DNA from: Azolla caroliniana
Taxonomy: Eukaryota > Plantae > Polypodiophyta
DNA length: 64,000 bases
Assembly: GCA_043228905.1 (NCBI GenBank)
Contig: JBHGNT010000006.1
Coordinates: 11,904,001-11,968,000 of the forward strand
Reading direction: 5' to 3'
This document shows, piece by piece, positions 11,847 through 23,195 of the stretch. Each line of letters opens with the position of its first letter. The first letter of the stretch is position 1. Under the pieces are notes generated by a model. It was given only the letters and a program-made list of their open reading frames with translations. It had not been told where the DNA came from and did not search any database. Both the position numbers and the translations under genes were made by a program.

Positions 11847-13826
11847 ATGGAGAATCAACAAGAGGCAATGAGCATAACGATGATGATGATGTTCGAGCGG
11901 ATGCTACAAGAACAACGAGTGATGTCGGAGATCACGGGGGCAGTAAAGCGGCTCGTACAACGAAACGGACAATTCAACGGAAACGATGTGTCACGCTATC
12001 TACGTGACTACAAGGCGGAGATGATACGATGTGGGATACCGGAAGGATTGCAAGTGACATCCTTCAATCGGGTGGCCACGGATGAGCTACAAGAGAGAAT
12101 CCACAAGATACGGCAACAAAATCCAACATGGGGGTCCTTCGAAGAAGCTTTACGAGAGGCATATGATTACAAGAGATCGAAGGGAAAAGATCGGCGAGAA
12201 TTCGACGAATGGGTGGCATCGGAGAAGACCCACCGAAGTGCAACACAAGCATTCCTAGAGTTCGAGCATCGTCTTGCTCAACTCTCGGAGCGGGAACAAC
12301 GATTGGTGGGAGAAGATAAAGTCCTAATGTTCGTAAAATCGATCGATCGAAAAGAAAGGATGGACATCGAGATCGAACTCGAAGACGATGAAGGTACGAA
12401 TGGTCTTACCGAAGATTGGGCCGAAGTCCAAAGGGTATGCCGGAGACATGATGAGAGGAAGATGAGAATCTTGTCAACGACATGGCCGATGAAGGATGGT
12501 CGATTGAAGACAAACGATGGAGCCGATATGAAGGCCGAAATACAACATGATGGTCCGACGGAAGAGGGTGTAAAACAAGCTACCCTCTTGTCTTGCGAAA
12601 GAACAACGACAAAGGATAAGGCCGATAACCCAAGTGTAGAAGAAGATTTCGGAATACAAGTGTCCGAAACATCGGGTGAAAAAGGGGTAAGCATAATTGA
12701 TGTTTGCATAATTGATGCAGTGAAAGAGAGCAAGGAGGACTTGATTGAGGAGGTCACCACGAAAGATGACATCGAATTGAAGGTGGCTATGGACGAATCA
12801 ACGACGGATGGCCATATCGAGACTTCCCCACCACTAATTCCAGAGACTCCGGCGGTTGCATTCGAAAGGCAACGTGAGACCGAAGAGACGGAAGGTGGCA
12901 GAGAGAAAACAAAGGTCGAAGTCGATGCATACGACGGAGAGATAGCCGAGAATATGGCTATGGGTGAAACAATGAAGGATGATAATACCGAGGATTCCTA
13001 CCCACTAATTCTAGAGACTTCGGCGGTTGTGTCCGAGAACCAACGTGAGACCGGAGAGACGGGAGGTGGCGGCAAGAAAGGTAAAGTCGGAAGCCAGTTA
13101 GGATGGAAGGTGATCCGGACGGGATTCCGATCCGAAAGAAAGCCGAACCGGGCGAATGAGGATTCGGCCAAAAGACGACCCAAAAGAAAGCCGACCCGAA
13201 AAGGGGTCGACTTGGTCAAAACCGATCGACCGAGTCTGACTTGGCTGAACGCGAATATGGATGGAAGCCGACCTAGCCGAAAGCCAATCGGACGAGATCG
13301 ATCCGGAAAGAAGCTAATCCGACTCAATCGAAGGTTGGACCGGTCGAGGCTGGTGAAAACGAGGAAAAAAAAGCCAACCGAAACCGAAACCGATAGATCG
13401 AAACCGGGCCGGAAGGAGACCAACTCAATCGAAACCAAACAACTGATTCCGATTCGGCCAAATATGAATCCGATCGGACGCCGATCAAACCAAAAGTCGA
13501 TCGGACGAGAGCGATCCGGAAAAAAGTCAAGGTTGATGAAGACAAGAAAGAGGCCAGTAAAAGACACTACCACGAATGATAAGGGCCAAGAATATGATGA
13601 GAGAGAACAAAGAATATGGTGGATCGGATGGCGACAATGGTTCGGGTGGAAAGAATGGGTCTATTCAAAATGGAGAGACAAAGTTGACATAGCGGGACAA
13701 ACGGAGGATGAAGGGGAGACAACGAGCATCGGCAACTTCGGCACATACCGGAGGATGTGCGGGTTCGGAGGGGGCGAGTGTCGTAGTGTATTTCATACAC
13801 TACGTGAAAAAGTAAAAATAATATAA
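11847..13826 (+). CDS. Gag-derived protein with long acidic then basic low-complexity extension
   Basis: Uninterrupted ORF. The N-terminal ~200 aa closely match Gag at 24693 (FNG.DVSRYLRDYKAEM.RCGI.EGLQVTSFNRVATD). The ORF runs into the 3' LTR. Confidence 0.75.
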   Translation: MENQQEAMSITMMMMFERMLQEQRVMSEITGAVKRLVQRNGQFNGNDVSRYLRDYKAEMIRCGIPEGLQVTSFNRVATDELQERIHKIRQQNPTWGSFEEALREAYDYKRSKGKDRREFDEWVASEKTHRSATQAFLEFEHRLAQLSEREQRLVGEDKVLMFVKSIDRKERMDIEIELEDDEGTNGLTEDWAEVQRVCRRHDERKMRILSTTWPMKDGRLKTNDGADMKAEIQHDGPTEEGVKQATLLSCERTTTKDKADNPSVEEDFGIQVSETSGEKGVSIIDVCIIDAVKESKEDLIEEVTTKDDIELKVAMDESTTDGHIETSPPLIPETPAVAFERQRETEETEGGREKTKVEVDAYDGEIAENMAMGETMKDDNTEDSYPLILETSAVVSENQRETGETGGGGKKGKVGSQLGWKVIRTGFRSERKPNRANEDSAKRRPKRKPTRKGVDLVKTDRPSLTWLNANMDGSRPSRKPIGRDRSGKKLIRLNRRLDRSRLVKTRKKKPTETETDRSKPGRKETNSIETKQLIPIRPNMNPIGRRSNQKSIGRERSGKKSRLMKTRKRPVKDTTTNDKGQEYDEREQRIWWIGWRQWFGWKEWVYSKWRDKVDIAGQTEDEGETTSIGNFGTYRRMCGFGGGECRSVFHTLREKVKII

Positions 13827-15603
13827 ACGATTTAATTACATATAAATAAATAAAATAAGAATATCAAAATATTTATCACGTGCATAGGGCAAGATTCGAA
13901 CCCTGTACCTCCACGTAGCCAAACCTCAACTTTACCATTATGCTACCTTATCTTTAGTGTTCTATAAATAGATTTAATAACTATAAGTGCTTTATTTGCG
14001 CCTACCTTTATTAAAAGGTAAATCGTGCATTTTTAGAGTGTGTGAATATTTTATAGAAAAAACGCAAGCAACTAAAAAGTGACTCGTGCACATCTAGCGT
14101 GTATGAGCACTATATTTAGCAAATAAAAGCAAGGATTAGAAAAGCATCACATGCACATTTAGTGTGCATGAACATATTAGAAAAAAAGCATGTAGCTATG
14201 CTTAGTCTCTCCCATCACTACATAAGGATGGGGAGCACAATGTAATAGGCGTGTGAAATATTTGGAAATTGGATATATTTCCGAAAACACCAACCGATTA
14301 ATATAATCGTGGGATTCACGAGATTTTTATCTTATAACTCTTTATACCTATTCTTTACTAGCCTTATTTGTATTTTTCTTTTCTCCTAGTCCAAAACCCC
14401 GGTGGTTCCCACCCGACTCACGCAAACGATCCGGAGCCGAAAGGCACGACAGCGTTACGCTTAAACACCTGTTCGTTGTTCCACACCCACTTTGAGGTCT
14501 AGGTCGAAGGATTGACCGCGGACCGTGTTCCTAAACGGTAACAGGTACGTTGACTCCGGCGCATCAAACCACATGACGAGCCATAAGGAGTGGTTCTCAT
14601 ACCTTGAGAAACCGATGCAACCGGGAGTAATCGCAATAGGAGACGACACTCCGCATCCAATCGAGAATGTCAGTGAAGTTCCCCTTAGCCATGTCAGGAA
14701 AAAAGGGAAACTCATGAACAAGCTACATGTCCCAACAATCACGAAGAATCTGGTGTCATTCGGGCAGATCGTCGACCAAGGGATGCAAGTCCGGTTCACG
14801 CATCTCGGATGCTTCATTGAGGAGGAAGGCCAAGTTATTGCGCAAGGGCGCAGAGACGGGAGGATGTTTATCCTCGACACCAATGACGTTGGCAGCGCAA
14901 TTGTTACGGGCATGACCATATAATATCCCGTGGTAAGAATTTACCGTAGTATTCTATACACGTGGATAAGTGTGAGGGTTAAATGAGAGTGTAAAGAAGG
15001 GGAGGATTACTTTTAATCCTCGGGATTGAGACAACCCATTAGGTCAAGTGTGAACTTGCCTGGGGGCCTTGGGTATCGCTATAAATAAGAGGCCTAGCTA
15101 CCCTCATTTGATCATCTTTTGACTACATCGAGACTCTGCTCGTGTGGTGGGTCAACTCTTGTAGCGAGCGCGCTAGCACCAGGTACGACTCGACGCCAAG
15201 GCGGTGGTATGGGACGCCGATCGAGGCTCGAGTCCGTCTCGATCCCTTCGCTCGGGGGTGGTCGGGTGGATCGGCACCCTTCTTTCTCTTTCTCCTTTCT
15301 ATCTTTCAATTCTTTATCCTTATCTTAAGCTTACATTAGTGCTATGATCTATAATATTTGGTATCAGATTTTTGTACTAATGTTTCTTTGTTTTTCATTT
15401 GTCTTTTGATTGATGCTGATCGATTGTTGTGCGGTTGGCCTTGATCCAGACAACGATCAACAAAGAACTTCGGTAACTCTTTCCATAATTTTTCTTTCTA
15501 TTCTCTCTTCTCCCATCTAATCATGTGTTTAGTTTATATGTAATTTTTTTCATTAAGTCAATGATGTTGTAGTGGTCTTTAATTGATTATCTAAAACGTT
15601 TAC

Positions 15604-15872
15604 ATATGTGCACGAGGTCAATACCTCGTTTGACATATTGATAATATGTGATGAGTGTCGTATGCGTACGAGGTTAATACCTCAATTACGTATTACGATC
15701 ACGAACATATGTTACGTTTGCGTATGAGTTTAATACCTTGATTTGTTGTAAACGATATGCGTTTGGTCTCGTATGCGTAAGAGGTCAATACCTCCATTGC
15801 GTATTACGATGATCTCTTATTTGTGGATGTTTCGTGTGCGTAGAGGTATATACCTCGATTACGTATCTCGAT
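15604..15872 (+). repeat. Array of five hairpin-forming repeats (period 55-62 bp)
   Basis: Core GAGGT-NNNN-ACCTC at 15614, 15670, 15726 (variant), 15781 and 15843, each inside an outer stem such as CGTATGCGTA...TACGTATTACG. Confidence 0.85.
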
Positions 15873-17044
15873 CATATCATTTGTGGCTATTTAATATAAC
15901 GATATGTTTAATATAGGCATATGTGGTCACATATATACGTATTTGATCGTATATATGTGATAAGTAAACATATGTGTATATTCGTTATTACGTGATTATA
16001 TCGAAAGTTGTCCTTGTCGGGAAAAGGATGTTGGTGGCCGTCCTCACATTCTTGTGAGAATGGCGTTGTCACCATCCCATTTTCAACAATTTTTTATTGT
16101 TGACAACCCCGTTGATGACCTCGATTTCGTTACGTAAAGAAACGCAATAGCCATAATGATGTTGAGTTCGTAGGGCTTGACCCACTTCAAGTGAGGTCGC
16201 TCCAATGACGCACGTATCCAACATCCCTCCCTCGTTACATGGATACGATGCCACCATGAGCTCGTTCTTACGAGAGGCATTCGTAATGACGTGACCATGT
16301 GATGGCCCACATGAGCCTACTACGAAACGAGGGCTCATTTGGCTTGACCATTAGGTTGCACTTTGGCGTATGCCATCGTAATTACGAGACTTGAGGTTAG
16401 GTAACGTACCAACATAGTTTTGGTAAATGAGGGCGAAATAAGGACCCTTGACATATATGTTCTTTTAAAAAAACGTATATGATCAATTGCCTCGCATATC
16501 TCTTATACGCATCAAACATTAAACATTCGAGAAGAGCAACTTACTTGGTTGGCTCAAGTGTTTAATGTATTTGTTCTCGAGGTCTCGAGTTCAAATATGA
16601 CAAAGACCATACAACATCCTTGATACATATGACTATAACACATGTTTAGACTTAAGGTCTAAGTGCACCTCGGGGTCCTCGTAATAGGACTTAAAGAGCC
16701 GAAACCACTTATGTGGGCACCGAAACATAGTTTATTGTTAACATTTTTTTTCGTGTATAAACTATTCATGACGCGAACATACATGGTTGAGCCTCGGGGA
16801 GCCACCATGAAAAAATCGATATAGAGATCAGGGAAAGACATTTATTTGTCACCCCCATGGTTTTTAAAACAACTTTGTGTTACCATAGTAACCTGATCTT
16901 GAACCTCATCTCATACGTCTAGAGGGGTATTGACGTGAGATAATGATATCGATTAATGCTCGCCCATGATATGTTTACATCACGACATGATGTTATGACT
17001 ATATCTCTGACCTTATCCTATTTCTTTTCCAGAAATAATCTTTA

Positions 17045-17902
17045 ATGGCTCAAATTAACGACCCGATGTCATCCGCTCAAGCGGAAGGAACTCAAGGGAA
17101 TCCTCCTGGACAAATGTCCACTGAGATGTATTTGGCACAAATAACCCAATACCTTAGTTTCACCGCTCAACAGATGACCGAACTTCGGCAATCTCAGAGT
17201 GCTCTTGAGGCACGTGTCATTAGTCTACAACGAGAGACTAATAGACCTGATGAGCGACAAGGTGAACCATCATTTGTCGTTAAGCCATTTACGGGAGACA
17301 AAAAGGAAAGAACCGAAGAAGCAATCTGCACATGGTTGGGACGATGGGAGTCTCATTTTGAGCTCTATCCCACGCCAGATAGTACGAAGATTGCATATGT
17401 CGGCCGAGAACTCGAGGGTAAGGCCGCCGCCTGGTGGCGTGGCCTCCGTACTATGGGGAAATTGCCCGATACCTGGACAGATTTTGTCACGGTTTTTAAG
17501 GGCCAATTTCTGCAACCTCCCTCTCGAACCGAGGCAGCACAAGCTTTAATGAACCTCTCTAGCAGGAAATTTTCCTCGCTAGAAGACTATGTTCACCATG
17601 CTAGAACCCAAATCCAAAAATCGGGTCTAGAAGGGGACAATTGGTTGATAGCTTGTTTTGTCAATGGCATCCCCAATTCGGACTATCACTGGATAGTGCA
17701 CGATAAGGATCCAAAATCCTTCGAAGAGGCCGTTGAAATAGTTCTTCGCTATCAACGCACTTCGAAGAAGGACCATAACAAACCCAACGAAGCGCCCGGG
17801 ACTAAGCAGTCGCAATTTGTTGGGAAACGCAAGACACCCAACGAATTCCTGGATCGCGATTGTAAGGTCATGATGCCATATGGGTTGTCGTTGATCGACT
17901 AA
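17045..17902 (+). CDS. Retrotransposon Gag (Ty3/gypsy capsid-like), C-terminus altered by a deletion junction
   Basis: ORF with KPFTGD, WLGRWE, LEGKAAAWW, TWTDFVTVFKGQF and FVNGI, a Retrotrans_gag-like pattern. Confidence 0.8.
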   Translation: MAQINDPMSSAQAEGTQGNPPGQMSTEMYLAQITQYLSFTAQQMTELRQSQSALEARVISLQRETNRPDERQGEPSFVVKPFTGDKKERTEEAICTWLGRWESHFELYPTPDSTKIAYVGRELEGKAAAWWRGLRTMGKLPDTWTDFVTVFKGQFLQPPSRTEAAQALMNLSSRKFSSLEDYVHHARTQIQKSGLEGDNWLIACFVNGIPNSDYHWIVHDKDPKSFEEAVEIVLRYQRTSKKDHNKPNEAPGTKQSQFVGKRKTPNEFLDRDCKVMMPYGLSLID

Positions 17903-18912
17903 CTAAAATGGCCAGATTTATTGCTACTAAAACCACGGTAACAGCTCCTGAATTGGCTTACCAATTTGTTGACGAATTGTTTCGTTTTTATGGGTTACCG
18001 ATGGATATCATGAGTGATCGAGATCCAAAGTTTACTAGTGACTTCTGGACACAAGTCTTTAAGAAGTTAGAAACTACGTTGAGCATGAGCTCCACGGATC
18101 ATCCTCAATCCGATGGACAGACAGAACGAGTAAATGAAATTATTGAGGACATGCTTCGAGCATACGTTGGTGCAAAACCAACAAAATGGGAACGTTATCT
18201 CCCAATTTTGGAGTTTGCTTATAACAGCTCCAAGCATACGTCGACGGGATATAGTCCTTTTATGTTGATGTATGGTTTTCAGCCACGAGCCCCGATTGAT
18301 GTTAATATACATCATGATGAGTTGCGAAGTACGCAAAACTTTCTTCGGGATATGCAAGATATGTTGCATATTGCACGAGATAATATAAAAACAGCTCAAG
18401 ATAGAGCGCGTTTTTATGCCGATCATCATAGGCAACCTCGTGTATTCAACCCTGGATAGAAGGTATTTTTACGTGTACCTCACAATTCTAAGACATTGTC
18501 TACGGGTAAGTGCGCTAAGTTAGCCCCACGGTTTTGTGGACCTTTTACAGTCCTCAAACGCATTGGGTCATCAGCCTATCGTCTCGCTCTTCCCGATGGT
18601 GTCGGAATTCATCCAGTCTTTCATGTGAGTCGTCTAAAAGAACTTCTAGGTTCTGGCGACAATACAGTTACGACTGAAACTCTGGTTACTTCTGAAGAAT
18701 TATCTTCTAAACCACATGTGCCAGAAAGAATTCTCGATGTTAAAACAAAAAAATTACGTACTAAAGAAATCCGAGAATTCAAAATAAAATGGATGGATAA
18801 ATCAATAAAAGATGCCACATGGGAACGCGAAAATACTCTTAGAACTAACTTCCCTAACTTTCCATTGCAAGAGTGCAATGTTTTAAAGAGGGGGAGTATG
18901 TTACGGGCATGA
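17866..18912 (+). pseudogene. N-terminally truncated integrase with GPF motif and chromodomain
   Basis: GHDAIWVVVDRLTKMARF, SDRDPKF, HPQSDGQTER, PRFCGPF, HPVFHVSRLK, KIKW...DATWERE. The zinc finger and the first catalytic Asp are missing; one internal stop at about 18457. Confidence 0.85.
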
Positions 18913-21900
18913 CCATATAATATCCCGTGGTAAGAATTTACCGTAGTATTCTATACACGTGGATAAGTGTGAGGGTTAAATGAGAGTGTAAAGAAGGGGA
19001 GGATTACTTTTAATCCTCGGGATTGAGACAACCCATTAGGTCAAGTGTGAACTTGCCTGGGGGCCTTGGGTATCGCTATAAATAAGAGGCCTAGCTACCC
19101 TCATTTGATCATCTTTTGACTACATCGAGACTCTGCTCGTGTGGTGGGTCAACTCTTGTAGCGAGCGCGCTAGCACCAGGTACGACTCGACGCCACGGCG
19201 GTGGTATGGGACGCCGATCGAGGCTCGAGTCCGTCTCGATCCCTTCGCTCGGGGGTGGTCGGGTGGATCGGCACCCTTCTTTCTCTTTCTCCTTTCTATC
19301 TTTCAATTCTTTATCCTTATCTTAAGCTTACATTAGTGCTATGATCTATAATAGCAATGTTCACAAAACGACAAAAGGTCGAGCCGGATATCGACTTGTG
19401 GCAGAAGCCGATAGGCCACATCAACTATCAAAGGCTTCAGGACTTACAATCGAAACAAGTTGTGTTCGGATTGCCCAAATTTAGTGGCCGGAAGGCCCAA
19501 ATTTGTGAAGCCTGCCAGCTAGGGAAGCCACACCGATTTCCCTTCCCCAACGAGTGTAACCGGGGCCAGAATAAGCTCAACTTGATACATTCGGATGTAT
19601 GGGGGGCGGCACAAAATGTTCGTCTTGGTGGGAGTCGATATTTTGTCTTCTTCATCGACGACTACACGCGGCACACGTAGATCTATCTCATTGAAAAGAA
19701 GAGTGAAGTCTTCGACTGTTTCCGGGACCTCAAAAGCTTTGTAGAAAGGGAAATAGGGAGAAAGATCAAGTGCCTACGGTCGGATGGCGGAAAAGAGCAC
19801 TTTTCCGGCCAATTCAACAATTATTTGCAACAAATGGGAATTCGGCGCGAATCCAATTGCAGGTATAAGCCAGAGCAAAATGGTGTAGACGATAGGAAAA
19901 ATCGGTCAATTGTGGAAGAGGCGCAGGCAATGCTGGAAGAAAAGAGCTTGTCCAAGTTCTATTAGGCCGAAGCGGTACGAACTGCGGTCTACATCCAGAA
20001 TCGGATCGAAGACAAAGTGTCGGCGCATGAGCTGTATTTCGAAAGAAAGCTGAATCTACGACACTTGAGAGTTTTCGCGTGAGCCACAATGTTGTGTTTG
20101 ACAAGTCCGCGTCGTGGTACTTGCCTCAGACTCCGAACCTCAACTCCAACTCCGGACCTCCAGAACCGAGTTCTGACAATGAGGTCAGCGAGGCTGAAAT
20201 GCCTCCGAATGACCGCAAAATCGAGACCCTCGATGAGAGCCCAATTTTATTTCGGCTCAGTGGACCGAACGAGCGGCTGAGTTGGTTTGACCAGTCCGAA
20301 GAAGAGCTAGCGAGTAGTGGAGACTCAACCGTGCATTCCCCACACAGGAAGTTGAGAGACGGTTTACGTGCAAGGAAAAAGGGAAGAAGAAGATGCCGGA
20401 GTACGGCATGGATAAGGACGAGTCAGATTGACGCGAATCCGACTCCGATAAGAGCGATGACGGGCCTTCGAGAGCGAAGTTCGCGTCGGCCAAGAAAGCC
20501 TCCACATCGGCTTATGAGCAATTATGCTGATCTACCCGGCAGAAGAACCCTGTGATGCGGTTCGGTTACAACGAGTACATGGCACATCACTATGTGTACA
20601 TGATGTGTGTAGCGGAAGTGCGTGAGCCGAAGAGGTACGCAGAAGCGGTGAAGGCCGCAAATTGGCATGCCGCGATGGAGGAAGAGATGCGCACATTGGT
20701 GAAGAATGAAACTTGGGACCTGGTTGTCGCACCGAAGGGTGTGAATCTGATTAGATGTAGGTGGGTGTACAAGGTCAAGTACAACACCGACGGCTCGGTC
20801 AACTGATACAAGGCCCAGTTAGTAGCGAAAGGCTACGCGCAACAACATGACATCGACTGCGATGAGATGTTTGCGCCGGTCGCCAAGATGACGGCCGTCC
20901 GTGTTTTGCTTGCAGTAGCTGCGGCAAAGGGGTGGCATTTACATCAAATGGATGTCAAGAATGCGTTCCTACAAGGCGAGCTTCAGGAACATGTGTACAT
21001 GGTACAACCCCCCGGATTTCACTCCGGAATGAACACCTCAACGGTCTGCCGGTTGAAGAAGTCCCTTTACGGACTAAAGCAAGCCCTGCATGCTTGGAAC
21101 GCGAAAATCACGCAGCGATTGCGTCGGATGGGATTTGCGACGTCCAAATCGGACTCTTCACTGCTCATTCGGCAAGGTCGACTCAGGCCGGTTAGTATTT
21201 TACTTTATGTTGATGACTTGGTCATCACCAGCGCCGACCTAGGTGAAATTGACCGCGTAAAGCTCCAGCTCACGGCATCATTTGACATGAAGGACCTGGG
21301 GGACCTTCATTACTTCCTCGGGATCGAAGTGATCCGTACCAATGAAGGCATACTGATTAGCCAACAACATTACATGTTGTGTATGCTCTTCAAGTTCGGG
21401 ATGGCAAATTGTAAGTCCGTCTCAACTCCTCTGGATAGAACCGTTAAGCTTCGCCCCAACTCCGGAAAGGTTTGCGACCCGAAGAGGTTCCAACAGATTG
21501 TCAGAAGCCTCATATACTTGACTATCACTCGACTAGACTTCAGTTACCCGGTCGGTGTGATTAGTCAATTCATGGCGTAGCGAACCGAGGAGCACCTTCA
21601 GTGTGCACAACGCGTACTCCAGTACATCAGTGGCACTAAGGACCGGGGGCAACTATATCGTACCAGTACTACCGCTCAGTTAGTCGGCTACACCGACGCT
21701 GATTGGGCCGAAAACGTCGGCGATCGCCGATCCACATCCGGATTCGCATTCTCTCTTGGGAGCGCCGTGATCGCGTGGAGCAGCAAGAAGCAGCCGACAG
21801 TTGCATTGTCCAACACCGAAGCTGAGTATAGAGGAGCGTTTGTTGCTACATGCGAAGCCATCTGGCTAAAACGGCTACTTAAGGATCTATAGGTGGAGGT

Positions 21901-23195
21901 GTCCGATCCGACAACGATCTACTGCGACAACCTCAGCAGCATCCAGTTAGCGAAGACCCCTGTCTTCCACGCCCGGACTAAGCACATTTAGGTGCACTAC
22001 CACTTTGTCCGCGAGCTTGTCCTCTCTAGTGATGTCGAACTTCAGTATGTTCTGACGGATCGGTAGACCGCCGACAGTTTCCCCAAGCCCCTTGGTCTCG
22101 ACAAATTGCGGCAATTCTTGGGTGCGCTTGGGCTGCGTCACCTCGATGTGCCGAACTTGAGGGGAAGAGAAGTCCTGGAAGACCACGAAAGGGAGCAAGA
22201 AAGGAGTGGAAGCCACCGTGACACCAAGTCGGATGACGAATTCGATTTCGGGACGACTGAAAAAGCCTAGGGCGGATCCGCGAAAGAGTCTGAAAGCGGA
22301 CATGAGGGAAGTAGCCGAAAGAAAGAGCTGAAGCCAGCCAAGCATGGGGGAGATGAAGCCAACTCGAACGAGAGCGAAAACCGATCGGAGGAAGCTGATT
22401 CGGTTCAGATGTTTGATTCGGAGACGCCGAATCAACCGAGGGCCAAGCAGAAGAAAGGGCAGCGGAAGAGGCGCCAACACCGCGACAACAAGGGAGTTGA
22501 GAAGGGCCGCACGAGCACATACGCCGACCGGAAGGGTCGAGGCGCGCAGAATCGAACAGGGCGAGGAGCGCGAGCGAGGCATGGAGCCAGAAGAAACCAG
22601 AGTAGTGACCTAGAAGAACCAGAAGGGCCTCAAGTTGAGCTTGAGGGGGAGTGTTGAGATACAAGCTCAACATTAGCTGGATCGGCTGTACAAGCCGAGA
22701 ACCGGATCGGTTGGAACCGATCGGTTAGGCCGCACCGGTGCGTAAACCGGTGCGCAATCCAGTGCGCAACAAGAAGTCGTAGCGGTGCGTAAACCGTGAG
22801 GCCATCGGAAAGATATTCCGCATAGGAATATATTTTGGGAGTTAGAATAGAGCTCATTTATGAGCATTGAAGTATGTGTCAGTACTTCTGTCAGTTTGTA
22901 TGGACTTGTATAAAAGTGCTCACTGAGCACATCCTATGTACAGACTAAGTATTAGTTTTTTAATAGAGGTGTGTGTACTCTCTCTCTCGTACTATGTGTG
23001 TCCAAGCTCTCCATTAAATCTGTGTTTTCCTAGGTTCTGGTTTCTGTTGCTTCCGTACGTTGTTCTTTTCATAATTTTACTACATATGAAACGGATAACT
23101 AAGTATCAAGCTATGTGACTATGAAGTTTGAGAAGATGAGGAAAACAAAACTGTGAGCTATCCCACATAGGTATCTAACAACATCCGATCCAACA

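Larger units (their letters stand above)
11136..14451 (+). mobile_element. Young non-autonomous gag-only gypsy element of the tRNA-Trp-primed lineage; 673-bp LTRs at 11136-11808 and 13779-14451
   Basis: LTRs are TGTCG...CGACA and differ at only about 3 positions by eye. PBS at 11813-11830, PPT GGAGGGGGCGAG before 13779, 4-bp TSD GCGT (11132-11135 / 14452-14455). No PR, RT, RH or IN. Confidence 0.95.
5576..14543 (+). mobile_element. Rearranged non-chromovirus (Athila/Tat-like) Ty3/gypsy element: 3' internal piece, deleted LTR (6033-6215), gag-pol, second LTR (10784-11135 plus 14456-14543) split by a nested element
   Basis: LTR copies start TGTTGTCCGCCGGAATAG at 6033 and 10784 and end AAACGGTAACA at 6215 and 14543. 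PBS-like TGGCATGCTTGGTG follows 6215. Gag-pol lies between them. Confidence 0.8.
14902..19353 (+). mobile_element. Very young non-autonomous chromovirus-derived LTR element; 455-bp LTRs at 14902-15356 and 18899-19353
   Basis: The LTRs show one visible difference. TSD GCAAT (14897-14901 / 19354-19358), PBS TGGTATCAGA (tRNA-iMet) at 15359, PPT AAAGAGGGGGAGTA. Internal region is a 1.7-kb leader, gag and a partial integrase/chromodomain. Confidence 0.95.
14544..23195 (+). mobile_element. Degenerate Ty1/copia copy B (same family as copy A), interrupted by element 14902-19353; 3' LTR starts at 22652
   Basis: YVDSGASNHM protease at about 14546, ICEACQLGK, IHSDVWG, RT LLYVDDLV, RNase H YTDADW, and PPT TTGAGGGGGAG then TGTTGAG at 22652. 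The LTR end (about 23180-23195) is uncertain. Confidence 0.9.

Noticed and set aside
15604-15872. CRISPR array interpretation of the hairpin repeats
   Set aside because: The repeats are degenerate, the linkers are short, there are no cas genes, and the array lies inside a plant LTR element.
20070-20085. About 130-bp deletion of the integrase C-terminal region in copia B relative to copy A, at a TTCG microhomology
   Set aside because: This is ordinary decay by illegitimate recombination.
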